64,000 bases of DNA from Podarcis liolepis (taxonomy: Eukaryota): the NCBI GenBank assembly GCA_965112155.1, contig OZ218100.1. One strand, 5' to 3'. The position numbers were made by a program, and so were the translations under genes. The notes under the pieces are model-generated. The model saw nothing but the letters and a program-made list of their open reading frames with translations. It did no database searches and had not been told where the DNA came from. Positions 24,246 to 37,700 of the stretch are shown one piece after another (position 1 is the stretch's first letter; every line of letters starts with the position of its first letter).

Positions 24246-25562
24246 GCTGAAGTGAATACTGTACTGCTAAATAGGTCCATTTCTGCGCTGTACCTTTTCC
24301 TTTGGCATGCTGTAATCTGGATAGTGCACCTGAGTTGGATAGCTCTTGTGGAACAGAGATGACATTTGGATGATTCCAATTTATAAGCAAATATTTGTGC
24401 TCATTGCTTCCAATTTAATATTAGAGACACAACATCAGTAGCAAACCTACTACTTTATAGCAGTGTTTGTGGTCCCCTGATTTACCTACATGTGCATATA
24501 TATATACAGAGGATTTTTTTTAAAAGTTAGCCATTCCCCCCACATGACATCCAAAGCAATTTTAATAAAGAACAAGTACTACAGATCCTGAAGAGAAAAT
24601 AACTGTTGCTACATAACTTTAGTCTTTTGACTGGAAATGCTCGGAATCTATACTCTTCTTTATAGAAAATTATAAATTCTGCTTATGGCTGTGGTTTTGA
24701 AAGGGCACATTTCTCATCAAGTATTAAGTTAACAGTATAAGAGTTGAAAATGCTAGTGTTCCTGTCCTTTTTTTATAGTGTGACTGTTTTGCCTTAAAAG
24801 GTTTCATAGATTGGTAATCAACTTTTCATAATGCCTTTGCCCTGGAGATTGTTTTGTGTTTGTCTTAATTCCAGTTAAGATAAACCAAAGTTGGCCTTGG
24901 ATTTTGGTTTCCATTTTCTATGCTATCAACTTTAAAATTTAGGTGAAGTGCTTCTTTGTTATTTGATAATAAGGAATCGAACTTGCACTGATCTGTTGCA
25001 AATCATCTGGTGGCCTTCAGATAGATTCCAACCCCACTTCTGCCCACTCCTCCTTTTGAAGATGAATTGAGCTATGGCAATATCACAGTCCAAGCTGGTT
25101 TTTTAACAATGCTACTGTTTAAATGTCTGTAGAGAGGGTTAAGGCATTTTCCTCTCTCTTAACCACTAAGCAAATGAACTATTCCAGGTGTGTCTGCTCT
25201 ATAAAAGTGGAGTTATTATATATTCTTTTTAGAGATCATGTATAGGACCCAAAATTACACTGCAGGCAGTGAAGGATTGATGTTTCTTTAGTTTAGTACA
25301 AGTATTTTCTTTAATTGCTTGATTTCCAACATACTAGTATGCATCTGTGTTTTGTACTTTTTGATGTAACATCTGAAAAGGTAAGATATGCTTCTCTCTG
25401 CTATAATATGTGTGGACCTGACATGTTTTGGATCAAATCCTTATCATTCTTATGAAAAGCAAAGGATATTTTAGGGAATAAATCTCATTTCAAGTGACTG
25501 GAGTATATTCCTTTCGTCTAAGAGTCAGGCTGAATTTGTATCTTTAAAGAGAAATTAACATA

Positions 25563-25784
25563 CAGTGGTGCCTCGCAAGACGAAATTAATTTTTTCATCT
25601 TGCGAAGCACTGCTATTAGCGGCTTAGCGGCTATTAACAGCTTAGCGGCTTTAAGAAAAAGGAAACAAACTCGCAAGACGTTTCGTCTTGCGAAGCAAGC
25701 CCATAGGGAAATTCGACTCAAAAAACGACTCAAAAAACGGAAAACTTTCGTCTTGCACGTTTTTCGTCTTGCGAGGTACCACTG
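25563..25784. mobile_element. Tc1/mariner MITE family A
   Basis: TA-CAGTGGTGCCTCGCAAGACGAAA...TTTCGTCTTGCGAGGTACCACTG-TA. Confidence 0.88.
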
Positions 25785-26827
25785 TATGTATTTTTTATAC
25801 AAACTTGTGTCATGGAGCTGTGCTGATTCCTCACAATGCCCCTGTAACTGACACACACCACTTAGCATTCTGTGTCTCAGCTGATTGTGGCTCTCTCCCA
25901 TTTCCTCTGAATGCTACAAGATCTGTATTTCTACTACTCTGAACCATAAAACTTAATAGACTCTCATAGCCTGCCTGACCTCTGGTTGCTTTTAGACCAA
26001 AGAAGAGAATCTCTGGCTCTGCTGGTGTTGTTGGACTACATGTTCTATTACTCCTCTCCAACAGCCGTTCTGGCTGCAGCTATTGAGAGTTGAGGTTCTG
26101 ATAATATCTGGAAGACCACAGATTCTTAACTCCTAATTTAGACCCCCAACCCACTTGGTGAAAGTGAGATCTGACCATAGAAAACTATGGAGAAATCCAG
26201 GAATTCACTGTAGTTATGAGAGGACAGCAGAGTCTTCCCACCCCACATTACCATACAGAAAGTAGCAGCTAACACAGACTGTCTCTGGCTTTCACTGTGA
26301 ACCTGACAGTTCCCCCACTAGACTATTAGATAAGTTGTTTTCTTAACTCCAGTCCCTCAGCCTTGAAAACTTACAGATGATTGCTGCACTGTTTTGGAGA
26401 AACTCAAACATTATCTGTCTTTTTAATTTTCCATTCTGATAGGCATTCAGTCACCCACGTCTGCTACTAGAGCAGTGGTAGGGAACCTCTGGCCTGCAAG
26501 TTTAATTTTGTCAGGCAGGGGTCCTAATTTGGCCTGTGAGGCTGTTTTCCGCAAATCTCACCATTTGCCCCACACCTTACATGATACACTTCCAGTTGGT
26601 CCTTGGCAAGTTAGAATTGCAATGCATTTCCAATTGGCCCTTGGCATGTTGGAATTCTTGTAAGTGCCAGCTAGCTGCCGATGGGTCAATCTGTTCCCTG
26701 CCACTGATGCCCCTACCAGATTTATTGTCTATGCTCATGCAGCAACAAATCCAAAAGCACAATACTGTTATAAATTCCCATGGCATCTTAGCCGCTATGT
26801 ATCGATAATAATGATGTTCCTAATGAT

Positions 26828-27532
26828 TTGCAACTTTGCTGTCACATACACCCGGACAACACCATTACTGGCCCCAACAACATCACACATACCATCTCGG
26901 GACTATTTAATTGCTCATCGTCTAACATTGTGTATGCCATCAAATGCCAACAGTGTCCTTCAGCTCTCTATATTGGACAAACAGGCCAAACCTTACGCCA
27001 AAGAATAAACGGACATAAATCTGACATCAAGAATCACAAAACAGAGAAACCAGTAGGAGAACACTTCAATCTCCCAGGACATTCTATACAAGATCTCAAA
27101 GTAGCTGTTTTACTACAAAGGAATTTCAGAAACAGGCTGGAAAGAGAAGCTGCTGAATTACAACTCATTACCAAACTTAAAACAATGGAAAAACCTGGGC
27201 TGAACAAAGACATTGGATTCTTATCTCACTATACATGACTAAACCATTTCTCACCTCCTCACCCCTTGCCTTCTCCTGTAAGACCTATTACAGTCAAGCC
27301 CTCCCAGCTATCTGCCTATCTCCCATTCCCACCACCCTTCTGAGTAACACCCCTCCCCACCTTCTCACTATATAGAAGGATCTGGCAACTTCTGTTTCAG
27401 TGTATCTGAAGAAGTGTGCATGCACACGAAAGCTCATACCAAGAACTAACTTAGTTGGTCTTTAAGGTGCTACTGGAAGGAATTTTTTTATTTTGACTAT
27501 GGCAGACCAACACGGCTACCTATCTACTACTG
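26828..27532 (+). mobile_element. Penelope-like retroelement, 5'-truncated, with GIY-YIG endonuclease coding end and 3' terminal-repeat region
   Basis: Stop-free frame 26828-27238: FNCSSSNIVYAIKCQQCPSALYIGQTGQTLRQRINGHKSDIK...VGEHFN...RLEREAAE..LITKLKT...GLN (GIY-YIG with CCHH-type residues); flanking 12-bp direct repeat GTTCCTAATGAT (26816-26827, 27533-27544). Confidence 0.9.
27402..27439 (+). ncRNA. Minimal type-I hammerhead ribozyme motif (Penelope-associated)
   Basis: GUAU-CUGAAGA-A-[GUGUGCAUGCACAC stem II]-GAAA-GC-UC/AUAC; stem I GUAU:AUAC; predicted cleavage after C27435. Confidence 0.72.
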
Positions 27533-29007
27533 GTTCCTAATGATGTTACCTATGTATGAAAGCTGCCAATCAATACATGGCCTATTGATTATTTGCTCAT
27601 AGCGTTGTTGGAGCTACTTAGATCTGGACAAATCTGTGGGAAGGGTTTGGCTAAACACCTATAATGGTAATTTGAGATGCTTCACAGCTGTTTTGAACTA
27701 CCATGCACACAGATATGTTGCAGCATTCTCAGTGGGCACAGAATACTGGCTGTTGTGGTCAAGGGGAAGAGGAATGGAGTGAAGCAACTTAAACCCTAAA
27801 CAGAAGCACTCTACACTGCAACATTTTGTTACAGGACCCTACTTGTTTTTGTCTAATTAGGCTACTAATGGACAGAGTTGGTTTTGGAAGGAATCACCTT
27901 GTGTGGTTACATTTTAAAGTGTCGTGCAGCTTAGTATTTTTTCCTCCATTTCTGCAACTTTCCACAATTCAGGCAATCATTTGGAATTTATTTATTCCTG
28001 AAGGAAACAGATTGGGTCTCTGGGTGCCCTTCCATGCATATAACTAGTCCTTCAGTGAAAGGAAGAGCGTGTGATCCAATGGAAGCTTCCACTTAGATGA
28101 AGATTGGCTCCTCCATTCTATATCATACTACCTTTTTAATCTGTGACACTATCTCACATGCTGTTCCTATGAGTCCCCCAAACCTTGGGAGCAGATTTTT
28201 TTGAGGATTCAAGTTGCTACATGAGGGAAGGGAAATATGTGAAAATTACTTTTCTTCTGGTTATGTGTTGGAAGCACCCTTTCTGTTGCTGTGGATGGAA
28301 ATTATTTCCTACCTTTGAAGAGCTTCTTAAGTTTCACCTGACTATGTTGTGTATATTGAGTGTTCCTGCCTCTCTGGTGCTTCTCTTCTGGTCTCTTGTG
28401 ATCTTTTAAGGCAGTTGTTGTCCACAGTAGGCATGCATATAGCTGCTTGTAGCAAGCTCTGAAATAGGCATGCATATTGAAAAGTGCAACACTCTTAAGA
28501 AAACTGAGCTACATATTTGCCAGCAATTGTAGCAGATTTCAGAACTGAGTGGGATTAAGGCAGGCTCAATTTGTAAAAGAGGGTCTTTCTGTTTGCATTA
28601 ATATTGATGGTCATTTCTCCAATGCAAAGGATTAATTTTAAATAGAGGCTGATTTAGAAAACAATGATGTCATTCTATCTCTGTTCTAAGGGGCATGACT
28701 TTATAATATTTCTAAAAATGCACAGGCTGGTCATTACTGTTCTATGGTGAAGAAAAGCTACTCTGTCATGCTTAGAGGCACATATCTTTTATGGCTAAGT
28801 TTTGACTCTAAATACAGGATTTGGAACTGAGCCCTCCAACCTTCCAGTTATTATGTGAATGATATAAGTAATTATTTCAAAATAATCACATTAACTAGCA
28901 CAGGGCAACTACTTCCATTATAAGCAAGTGTTTAAGTCATGGAGTAGTATTTCTAAAGGTCTAGTAAATTGTGACATATTTGCTAGCCTACATGGAAAGG
29001 TAACTGT

Positions 29008-29066
29008 GATCTGATGAAGTATCCCTTAAGAAAGCTCATGCCACAGTAAATTATTAGTTAGTCTAT
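29008..29066 (+). mobile_element. Penelope-type relic with a decayed hammerhead motif
   Basis: gatCTGATGAagtatcccttaaGAAAgctcatgccacagtaaat...ttagtc; core retained, stem II broken. Confidence 0.55.
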
Positions 29067-31654
29067 ATAATGGAAGGCCGGGTTTTTAAATCAAAGTAGT
29101 GGCGAATGGAAAACTGATCTGTATAAAAGGTTGGGGGAAAGACACTTTCTAAATGAACACATGGCTCATATTTTATATAGAGGAAAAGAAGTGTAAAATC
29201 TCTATTATGTTACATCTGCAGCAGCAACGCCAGGCAGGTCCAACACCAGTACCAGGCAGGTCCGGCACCAGCAAGCAGCCGCACCATTCTTCTGTGAGTT
29301 TAATAGAATCAGAAGTAGCATATTCCTTTTAATTTACTACTATCATGTTTGTCCTTTCAACAGTCCTATGAGGAGGTAGACTATTATTTCCATTTTTCAA
29401 ACAGAACTGCGCCTAAGGGTCACATTTATAGGGAGTCTGTAGCTGAGATGGGACTTTATCTTCTAGATTAAAGTCAAGGTCTCTGTTCATTGACTCTCAA
29501 GTTAGACCAACCTGAATAAAACTGGAATGAGGAATTAATACCAAACTGAAGTATACTTGAAGAGGAAAATAGATGTTGAGTGTGGATTTTTTCATACAGA
29601 ACTGAATTTTGAAGCTGAGCAGGTGTGAGGCTACAGACCATGCTCACTGAGTGAAGTAACCTCAGATATGACATAATGTCATTAGCTTTTTCATGTTTTT
29701 GAAGTATGAATAGTTCTATTTCGGTCTTGCATTTATGTCTTAACTGTTTAAAACTGATCATTATGAAAGACAAAAAATCAGGAAATTTTAGTTGCTAAGA
29801 GTACAGGGTAATGTTTAGATGGGAGCAAAGTTCAAAAATCTAGAAAAGCACAACTCCAAAAGTGTAGTTAACTTTATATTTGATGCAGGAGCACTGATCC
29901 AGGAATTCCAAGCCTTAGCCACATTTTAATAGATTCAAAACTGAAGAACCTAACAAGACATCACATGCATTAGAGTTTTCAGTGGGAGTTAAAAATACTA
30001 TATGATCCTTTTGCATCAAAGCAAATGCATTTTGTACCTTAAAGCCTTTTTTATTTTTGTAGAGCATTTTTCTACCAAATTTTATGTAAATGTTTGGAGT
30101 TTAAATGTACTTTTTCTTGCCCTTCAGTGGCAGAAGACACTTGGTGTTATGGATATCTTTTGTTACTACCCTTTAGTATCTGTTTTATTTATTTGTTAAA
30201 TTTCTAACCTACCCTTCCTCCCAAAGGAGCCTAGGGCAGCAATTTTCCTTGATTTCACAGTTTGGGCTAGCTTTATAAGCACTATTGTTTTAGTTTTTAA
30301 GTCTGTAAGTAATACTAAATTAATTAAATACATGTCTATAGTTAGTTATATGTTACTTGCCTTCTGACGGCTTACAGAAGAGCAGCAGCTCATTGCAGTT
30401 TCTGTACTAGGCACAGGGGAGGCATGAAGTGCTTTATGCCTTCTCCACCAGCCTGTTCATTTGTCATGCACTTGCCTGTGGTTGTCAGGATAGTGCCTAA
30501 ATACAAGGCTGTTTCAAAAACACTTAGGTAAATTAACATAATTTATCAGTATTTCTATCTGATTTTTTTTTAAAAAAAATCGTGGAGTGTGGACCTCCAG
30601 CTTGAGCTCATTTCTCTTTAATTCAGTGTACCTTGCTCATTATGTTACTTACTTTTCTTTAAGAAACATCAGAGCAGCTTATATCCAACGGTGTTCCATC
30701 CAGGCACTTTATGTCACACTAGCTAACTGTTCAGTTTTGTTCAACAAAAATAAAGATGAATAGGAGAGTGGTAGGTTTGTCCTGCTTACAGAGGTTTCTA
30801 GGTGGGCTTCAGGGAAGATTCTAGCAGTGTTTGAAATTAACAAGGTGCCAGGTGCATTTTGCACCTGACTATTGGCCACTTGCAACCAAGTGAAGATGCC
30901 TGGGCATGGCACCTGACATCGCCGCCATCTGGAGAGTCATGCCTGGGGATCATTGGATCTTGACGCACACTGATACCCCATCCTGTAGATTTCTATCAGT
31001 TATATTTTACATGCACAATCAGAATGAATTTCAGGAACCAAAATGCATTTTTCTGTGCAGCCTGAGTAGGAGCAGTGAAAAATGTTGTAGTTGATTGTTG
31101 TAGTTTGCCTTCACTTACCCCACCCCACTGCCCTGCTCACAGTTGTGAAGAATATTCCTATGTTATGAATGGTCACCATTAAGAAAAAGAGGTAGGAATA
31201 GGTCAATATATATATGTGGACTGTCCCTGGATCAAGAGACTTTTCTTTTTTAAGTTCTCAAAGTTCTTAATCTAGCGGAAGGTTGTCAGATGTTTTAACT
31301 GTTAACTAGCCAAATGTTTAACTGATAATCACAGTCAGGCCCATCAGTTGAAAAATATTCCTTTAGAGCCATCTTGCCCCCAAATGGCAAGTATACATTC
31401 TGTTTTGGCGACTGCAACCTTAGTTTAAGAAGCCATTTGGCGCCTGGCTTATATATGAGTTTCTAACACTGGTTTCTAGGCTTTGTTGGAACCACCATAT
31501 CCCATAGCTCTACCACACATTTATTTAATCACATTACACCCTACTATTCCTCCAAGGAGCTTATATTAGCAAATGTGTGGTTATCCTATATTCCCCTCAA
31601 AATCTGTTTGAGGTAGGTTATCTGAAAGAGAATAGCCTGGTTTGCATACAACAC

Positions 31655-31745
31655 TCAGTGCAATCCTAACCATGTCTACTCAAAGTAGGTCCTACTGAAT
31701 TCAATGGAGCTTCCTCTCAAGTAAGTGGAGTTAGGATTGCAGCTT
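31655..31745. mobile_element. ~90-bp palindromic MITE (Harbinger-like); representative of 10 or more copies in the window
   Basis: TGCAATCCTAAC...GTTAGGATTGCA terminal arms around an ACTGAATTCAATG centre; similar copies near 1483, 4355, 5340, 8557, 16291, 18030, 39530, 45819 and 46299. Confidence 0.65.
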
Positions 31746-34700
31746 AAGTAAAGGTTTATTAAGCTACTGTATGTTTAATCATTTGATATTTTTTTTCCTA
31801 GTGGCTTAACTAGGTTTGTTTACTGTCAAAAAACAAACTCACTGTTTGTTGATTTAAAAACCTTGGTTAATTTTAACTGTTGCTTGGCATTATGTGCAAA
31901 ACACTGTTCCTTTCTTAAGTGTAGATTGTTTGGCCACCCATCCTGGATGCTCATTAAGTCACAAAGGCACAAGGCTAGAGCACCTGGAAGACAATAACAA
32001 AAAACATGCACGAAGCAAGCTGCAGTTTCTTTGGTCATCTATGAGTTAACTTGTGGTTAACCATGGCTTAGTGTTGCATGAACAGGTCTTCCTATTGTTT
32101 TCTGATTTAGAACCATGAGATAGTTTTGATGCAAGTACATCTTATTCCTTTGCTAAGCAGAGCACTCTTGAAAATTGAAAATTTATGAGTAGATTGAAGA
32201 AAGCAGAGAAGGCTTTTTCTCCTTTTTAATTCTGATTTTGTTTTATGGGGTAAAAACCACTTCACAGCCTGAAATGTATTATTAAAAGCATGTATGTGGT
32301 GATGGTTGTATACATGCATATTCACACAGGTTTGGAAGAATATACTTTTGGAGGGACAATGCACTCACCTTTCCCCAGAAAATATGGAGAGTGCTAGGAT
32401 AGACAGTTGTTATTAGTATTGTGTTGTTAGTTTTTCAGTGCTAGTAGAACCACAGACTCACTCTAGTAGAAAGAACTGCTACTATGTTTTGGGAGGGGAG
32501 AAGTTAGCACTTGCATAGGACCACAGGAGAGGGTCCTGGTGTGCACTGGTGGAGGAAGACGGGTGCGGGGGAGTGCACCGCCCCCGGCAGTGTTATCCCA
32601 GTGGGGTGCCATCATGGCTGCCCCCCCCGGCTGCCCCCCCCTGCACTGGGCACCATGCCCCTGCAGGCGGCACGCCCTGGGATGTACGCCCACCACGCCC
32701 CCGCTGCTCTCCGCCCACCCCCCCCATACCCCGGTGCCAGAGCACTGCCACTGCTGGTTTGTTTGTAGTCATGGTGGCTAAACCCCTAGAGGTGTGTGAT
32801 CCTAGTGGGCTTAGGGGTGGAGATCCACAATCTGTCAGAAGAAATCACTGTCTCCAACCCCTCAGATATGCCTGCCCAAGCATTGCAGGCCAAGGAGCTG
32901 CCTCTGGTACCTCCCCTGGCTGCACAAGAGCCATCTCCTGAGGAGGTAGCTGGGAGTCTCTCAGATGCTGAGCTGGTCCTTAACCCCTTAGCCATTGCCT
33001 AGAACACAGAATCTCTGGCATGTTCAAACCTAACCCAGTTGAAGGACTACTTGTCCAGTCTAGGAACTCAGCTGTTTGCTGTGCTTGCACCACTCTTCAA
33101 AGGGGATGTGTAGCTTGTTGGTTCAACATCTTAGCTCATGCTTAGCCATGCCTTTTGGCTCTCTTATACCCACTGACTCCTGTAACCTGTGACTTGCCTT
33201 ATATACCAATCTGGTCTGGAAAAAAAAACCCTTCAGAAAAACCGGAGTTGTGAGTTCCAGTTCTTTTTCAGTCAGGGGGAGCTAGGACACTGTTATCCTG
33301 ATGCTGTGGTTTTAGGCATACTGTGCTACACATAGTTGATCAGAGAAGTGAAGCATTGCCCATGTGGGTCTGGTCAAAGATAACCATGTGAGAAAAGCTT
33401 GTTGAATATTAGGGTTTTCACCCATGTTACTGAACTTGGCTCAACTCAAAAAGGGTAAATTCTTAATGCTAGTATATGAATTGGTTCCTCTTACCTTTGT
33501 CGCCCAGTGATGAGAGAAAGCCCAGGTAAGCACCTCCATTTTAAATATAGGAGCATGCTGAATGCACACTCTCTGGCTTCCTTTTCTGACTTACCGTAAT
33601 CACTTTCTTGTCCAAAGGCTGCAGTAAGTGGCAGCTTTGTGGCAGCCTTCATTTTCTGTTACCAGAGCCTGCTATTAGAATATTTATCAATCTTGCTTAG
33701 TGCAAAAGATGGTGTCTGTAAGCTCATGTTTTGGGGGAAGAGCATTGTTGTAGGTGAAATCTGCTTAACTAGGTATTCAGCTAGTCACATGGTGAATTTG
33801 GAGGATTTGTTAGGATAAAAAAAGTTAGTAAGCATCTTATACACAAGAAATTATAATACAATGAAAAACATTATTCATTTTGAATTTTTGTACCTTTACT
33901 ATTGCTATTTATTTTTATTGTTAATGCTCAACTTGGTTTGTGTAAAAAACAAATAAAATGTAAAAAAACAACAACCACAACTATACACCTGTGATTCAAT
34001 ATGGGGTAAACCAAACCTGATTCTGGAATCTAGTCAGGTAAGTTATCTTTTACTTTCACTTTACCAGTGTGTTGCTTTACAGAGTAGCGTAAGCAAAAAA
34101 AGACAGAATCCTGCTCTTAGGCTCTTGCAATAGTAAATTAGAAGGGAGAGAAGCACAATCCTATGTTCTGTCTCTTCCACCCTCCCTGAGCCAAAATTCC
34201 TGGCAGTAGCCACTGAATTAAGTGTAGTTTGTACTTAACTAATGACAATAAAAGCAGGAGTTGCAATAGCTGGCCCAAAGTACTACATGGCAGGAACAGG
34301 GGTTCAGTGCTTCCTTTAAAATAGCTGCTAGTTGGTTTGAGCTAATCCTAGACAAAAATGAGCCACATACACAGTATGTCATAAGAGGATTGTAAAGAAG
34401 TGTTTTGAAAAGTAACTACAAAATAGCTACTCTTGTGTTTATCATACACTACTGTTAAGATTCTCAAACTACCCTGGGTGGGATCCAGACTCAACCTCAG
34501 TAACTGAATGAATAGAGGGATGATTTTGGTGATTACTCCCTGTGCCCCCTCTAACCCCTCCCCCCCAAAAAACCCCCACCCTGCTCTGGAGCTGACACTG
34601 GGGAGGGTGGGATTACTGAATATAGTGTCTCCCTCTTCTCCTCCTCCTCCTCATAAATGCTTGTTCTCTAGAGCTCCCACAAAACCCCTGTTGATCTTGG

Positions 34701-37700
34701 CATTGCCACTTATTTTAGGAAAGTGGAAGAAGTAAAAAACTGTTCTAGTTCAATAAAGCATGCTATAATCACAAGTAGACTAAAAATCATTGGTGCTGAA
34801 GCGTAACAGTGGCTGAATGCTGTAACAGCTTTAACCTGACCTGATCCTGGTTGTAATCCTAAATCCTGCAATCCCCTTTGCCGTGGTTCATTATCTCTGA
34901 TGTCTACATTTTTAAATGCTCTGTTCAAGAGGTATTAATCTTCATTTGAATTCCTTTAGTACTGAAGGTCACTTATAGAAGGTCACTTATTTTAACTTAT
35001 TGGTGAAAATAATAACTATTAAATTTGGACTGGCATGCGATTGTTAAATCTAAAGGCTCTCTTTATATAAAGTTTATCAGTTTTCTAAACCTCAGATCTT
35101 GCCTAAACATGGTATCTTAATTTAAATTATTCTCTGAATCATAGGTTTTCAACCTTTTGAGTCCACTGCTCCTTTGACTAACTACATTCTTTCTGCGGCA
35201 CCCTGCAGGGCTCAGGAGCCCAGTTATGTCACCCCTTGCTTGCAGGCTCTCATCCTTTTTCAAACACCCTCCCTTTTGGAGTGTACCCTCAGCCTTCTCT
35301 CCTCCCCCCTCTACTCGGAAGTCCTCTGGGCAATTACTGTTGCCGTCCACTGCTCTAAATCATTAACAAACACAACTTCCATCTCTTTTTCTGTTTAGTT
35401 TGCTGTGACACCTTTGTTCTCCAAACCATCAGCAGAAACCATAGTTCCGAACTAAATTTCCACTTTGGTAGAGAGGGCAAGTGATGCTCATGGTTTGGTG
35501 TTTAGCTGCCACAGCAAACTAGGGGTAGCCTTAAACAGGCAGTCATGGGGAAAGAGGGAGTTTCCCAGTCCTTCAAACCATTGTAGTGTTGTATCAAGTT
35601 TTTATAAATCAGGATTTTAAAGGGGATGCCTGGCTTCTGGGGTGGGGAGGAATAATTTAGGATGAGCTTTTGACAAAAAGAAGCTCTTGTAAGACTGAGA
35701 ACAGACATTGAAATTAAGACTAGGAGTTGATTATAACTGTCTGGCCAAAATGTGCATTTTAAGAATTGTAGCAAGTTCAGAAAAGGGATGTCATTAATTT
35801 TTCTCCTCTTGGGAAAAATTATTTGCAGACTGTCTGGCCAGCTCAGAACTATCCCCAGCTACCTTGCCATCTCTCCCTCCCTCCAGAGAGAACTTTCCCC
35901 CAAACAAATCCCATTTCCAGGTGAGGCAGTGAAGCAGGCAGAATCCAGACCCACCACTTCTTACCCCACATCCAAAGAGGAATGCCCCATTTTCTTTCAT
36001 TTTGTTTGCAAACCCCATGATGCTTTTTCAGTCACTAAATCCTCAACCCCTCCAAAAGCTTTGTTTTGTTGAGATGGAAATCTCCCTCTAAATTGCGGCT
36101 GAAAACTTCTGTTCTGCCAGGCCTATGCAGACAATGAAGAGGTATCTCCCACAATGGGTTACTGATCTTTGTTTTTAACTTTGCTGTTTTTAACTTTTTA
36201 GCATTTTATGCTTTTATTGTATAGTTTTATTTTATTTTTACTGTTGTGAACTGATTTGATACATTTTGGTATATATTTTAATTAATAAATAAAGTATTAA
36301 TTTATGCCATTAAATTTATATGCTGCTAGATTTCGGAAAAAACTCAAAGTGGTTTAGAGGCACAGAGCAAAAGAGACAAATGGCAAAGTTCAGATGGGGC
36401 GGGCTGAGGAAATTGGCAAAACTGCTTAACCCTCTTCACCGGTGAGATTCCTTCATTAGCTCAAAAAGTCTTCTGTGGATGGAAGGAATGTCTCCACGAA
36501 AGGCATTATATAATATCCATTCTGTGAAGTCTGTAACTGAATTCTGTTGAATGTCCAAAAGCAGTAAAGACGTTTTCAGAAATTGGAATTTCTAGATTGC
36601 ATATCTGGACTGAGGGTAGTGTTGTTTTTTCCTATTAACCCATAAACAAGAGTTATTATTATCAGCAGACAAGTATGGTGTTTACATGATGTACAAACTA
36701 AAATTTATTTTGAAGGTGAAATGCATATAAACACACCAAGTTTATAAGTTGATTCAAGAATACTTAAATGTTGGGCAAAACTATCATCTTACATCCTTCC
36801 TTTGTTTTGTTTTTGGCAATAGCTTACTTTCCTTTCTGCCAAGTTTCAATTCCAAGAAGCGACAAAGTATAATTTTACTGCAGCGCTTCTTGTGGGAGCA
36901 GAGGGAGAGTGATTCATGTTGACTGAGGTAATGTGTCAATACAATATCCACTAAGATGGACACTGTCATTTTACTATGGTAACTCATCCATCAATTCTAG
37001 GAAACCAAGAGTCCAGTCTAATACCTAATCCACTACTTCTGCTTCCTTGGCTGTAATTTGAGCAGGTGGAGCATTTCTTCCTAATTTCATTGAAACAGTA
37101 AAATAGTAAAAATGAAAATTTCACATATATTATGACCTGTTTTTCAAAGCTGCCTGTTTCCGTGCATCATGTTTTCCACATTCCTTTCCACATTCTTCTC
37201 TGTTGGTTCATTGATCTCTCTCATACTTTCAACTTAATACTCCCCTCTAGTAAGAGAGAGAGAGTGTGTGTGTAGGAACAATATAATTATGAAATTCTCT
37301 TTTAAGCAATCATAGGAAAACAGTGAGTTCGCTTTTGAATGGTTCCTCGGGGTCAGTGTTTTTTAAAAGAGAAAAGATTGCTCCTGTTGCAGATGCTCCA
37401 CTACACACAGGTCCTAATTTGCTTGAAAGTGTGGAGATATAACTTGCCTCTGGAACAAAATGTGATTCTCTTACCAACTGAATCCCATTTAATTTATGTC
37501 TAGTCATGCTGAGGTAACATGAAACTTTTTCTTTTGAGGCAGAAGACCGTAGGTGTCTTACTTGAGTTATACAGTTTCATTCCTACCCCACGGGTTGTTG
37601 GTAACAGCACATTCCATCAAAGCAACATGGTTTGGTAGACCACATAGCCTCCAAATCAATGAAAAGTACGTTTGATATTTCTCTATATGCTTAGCATTGC

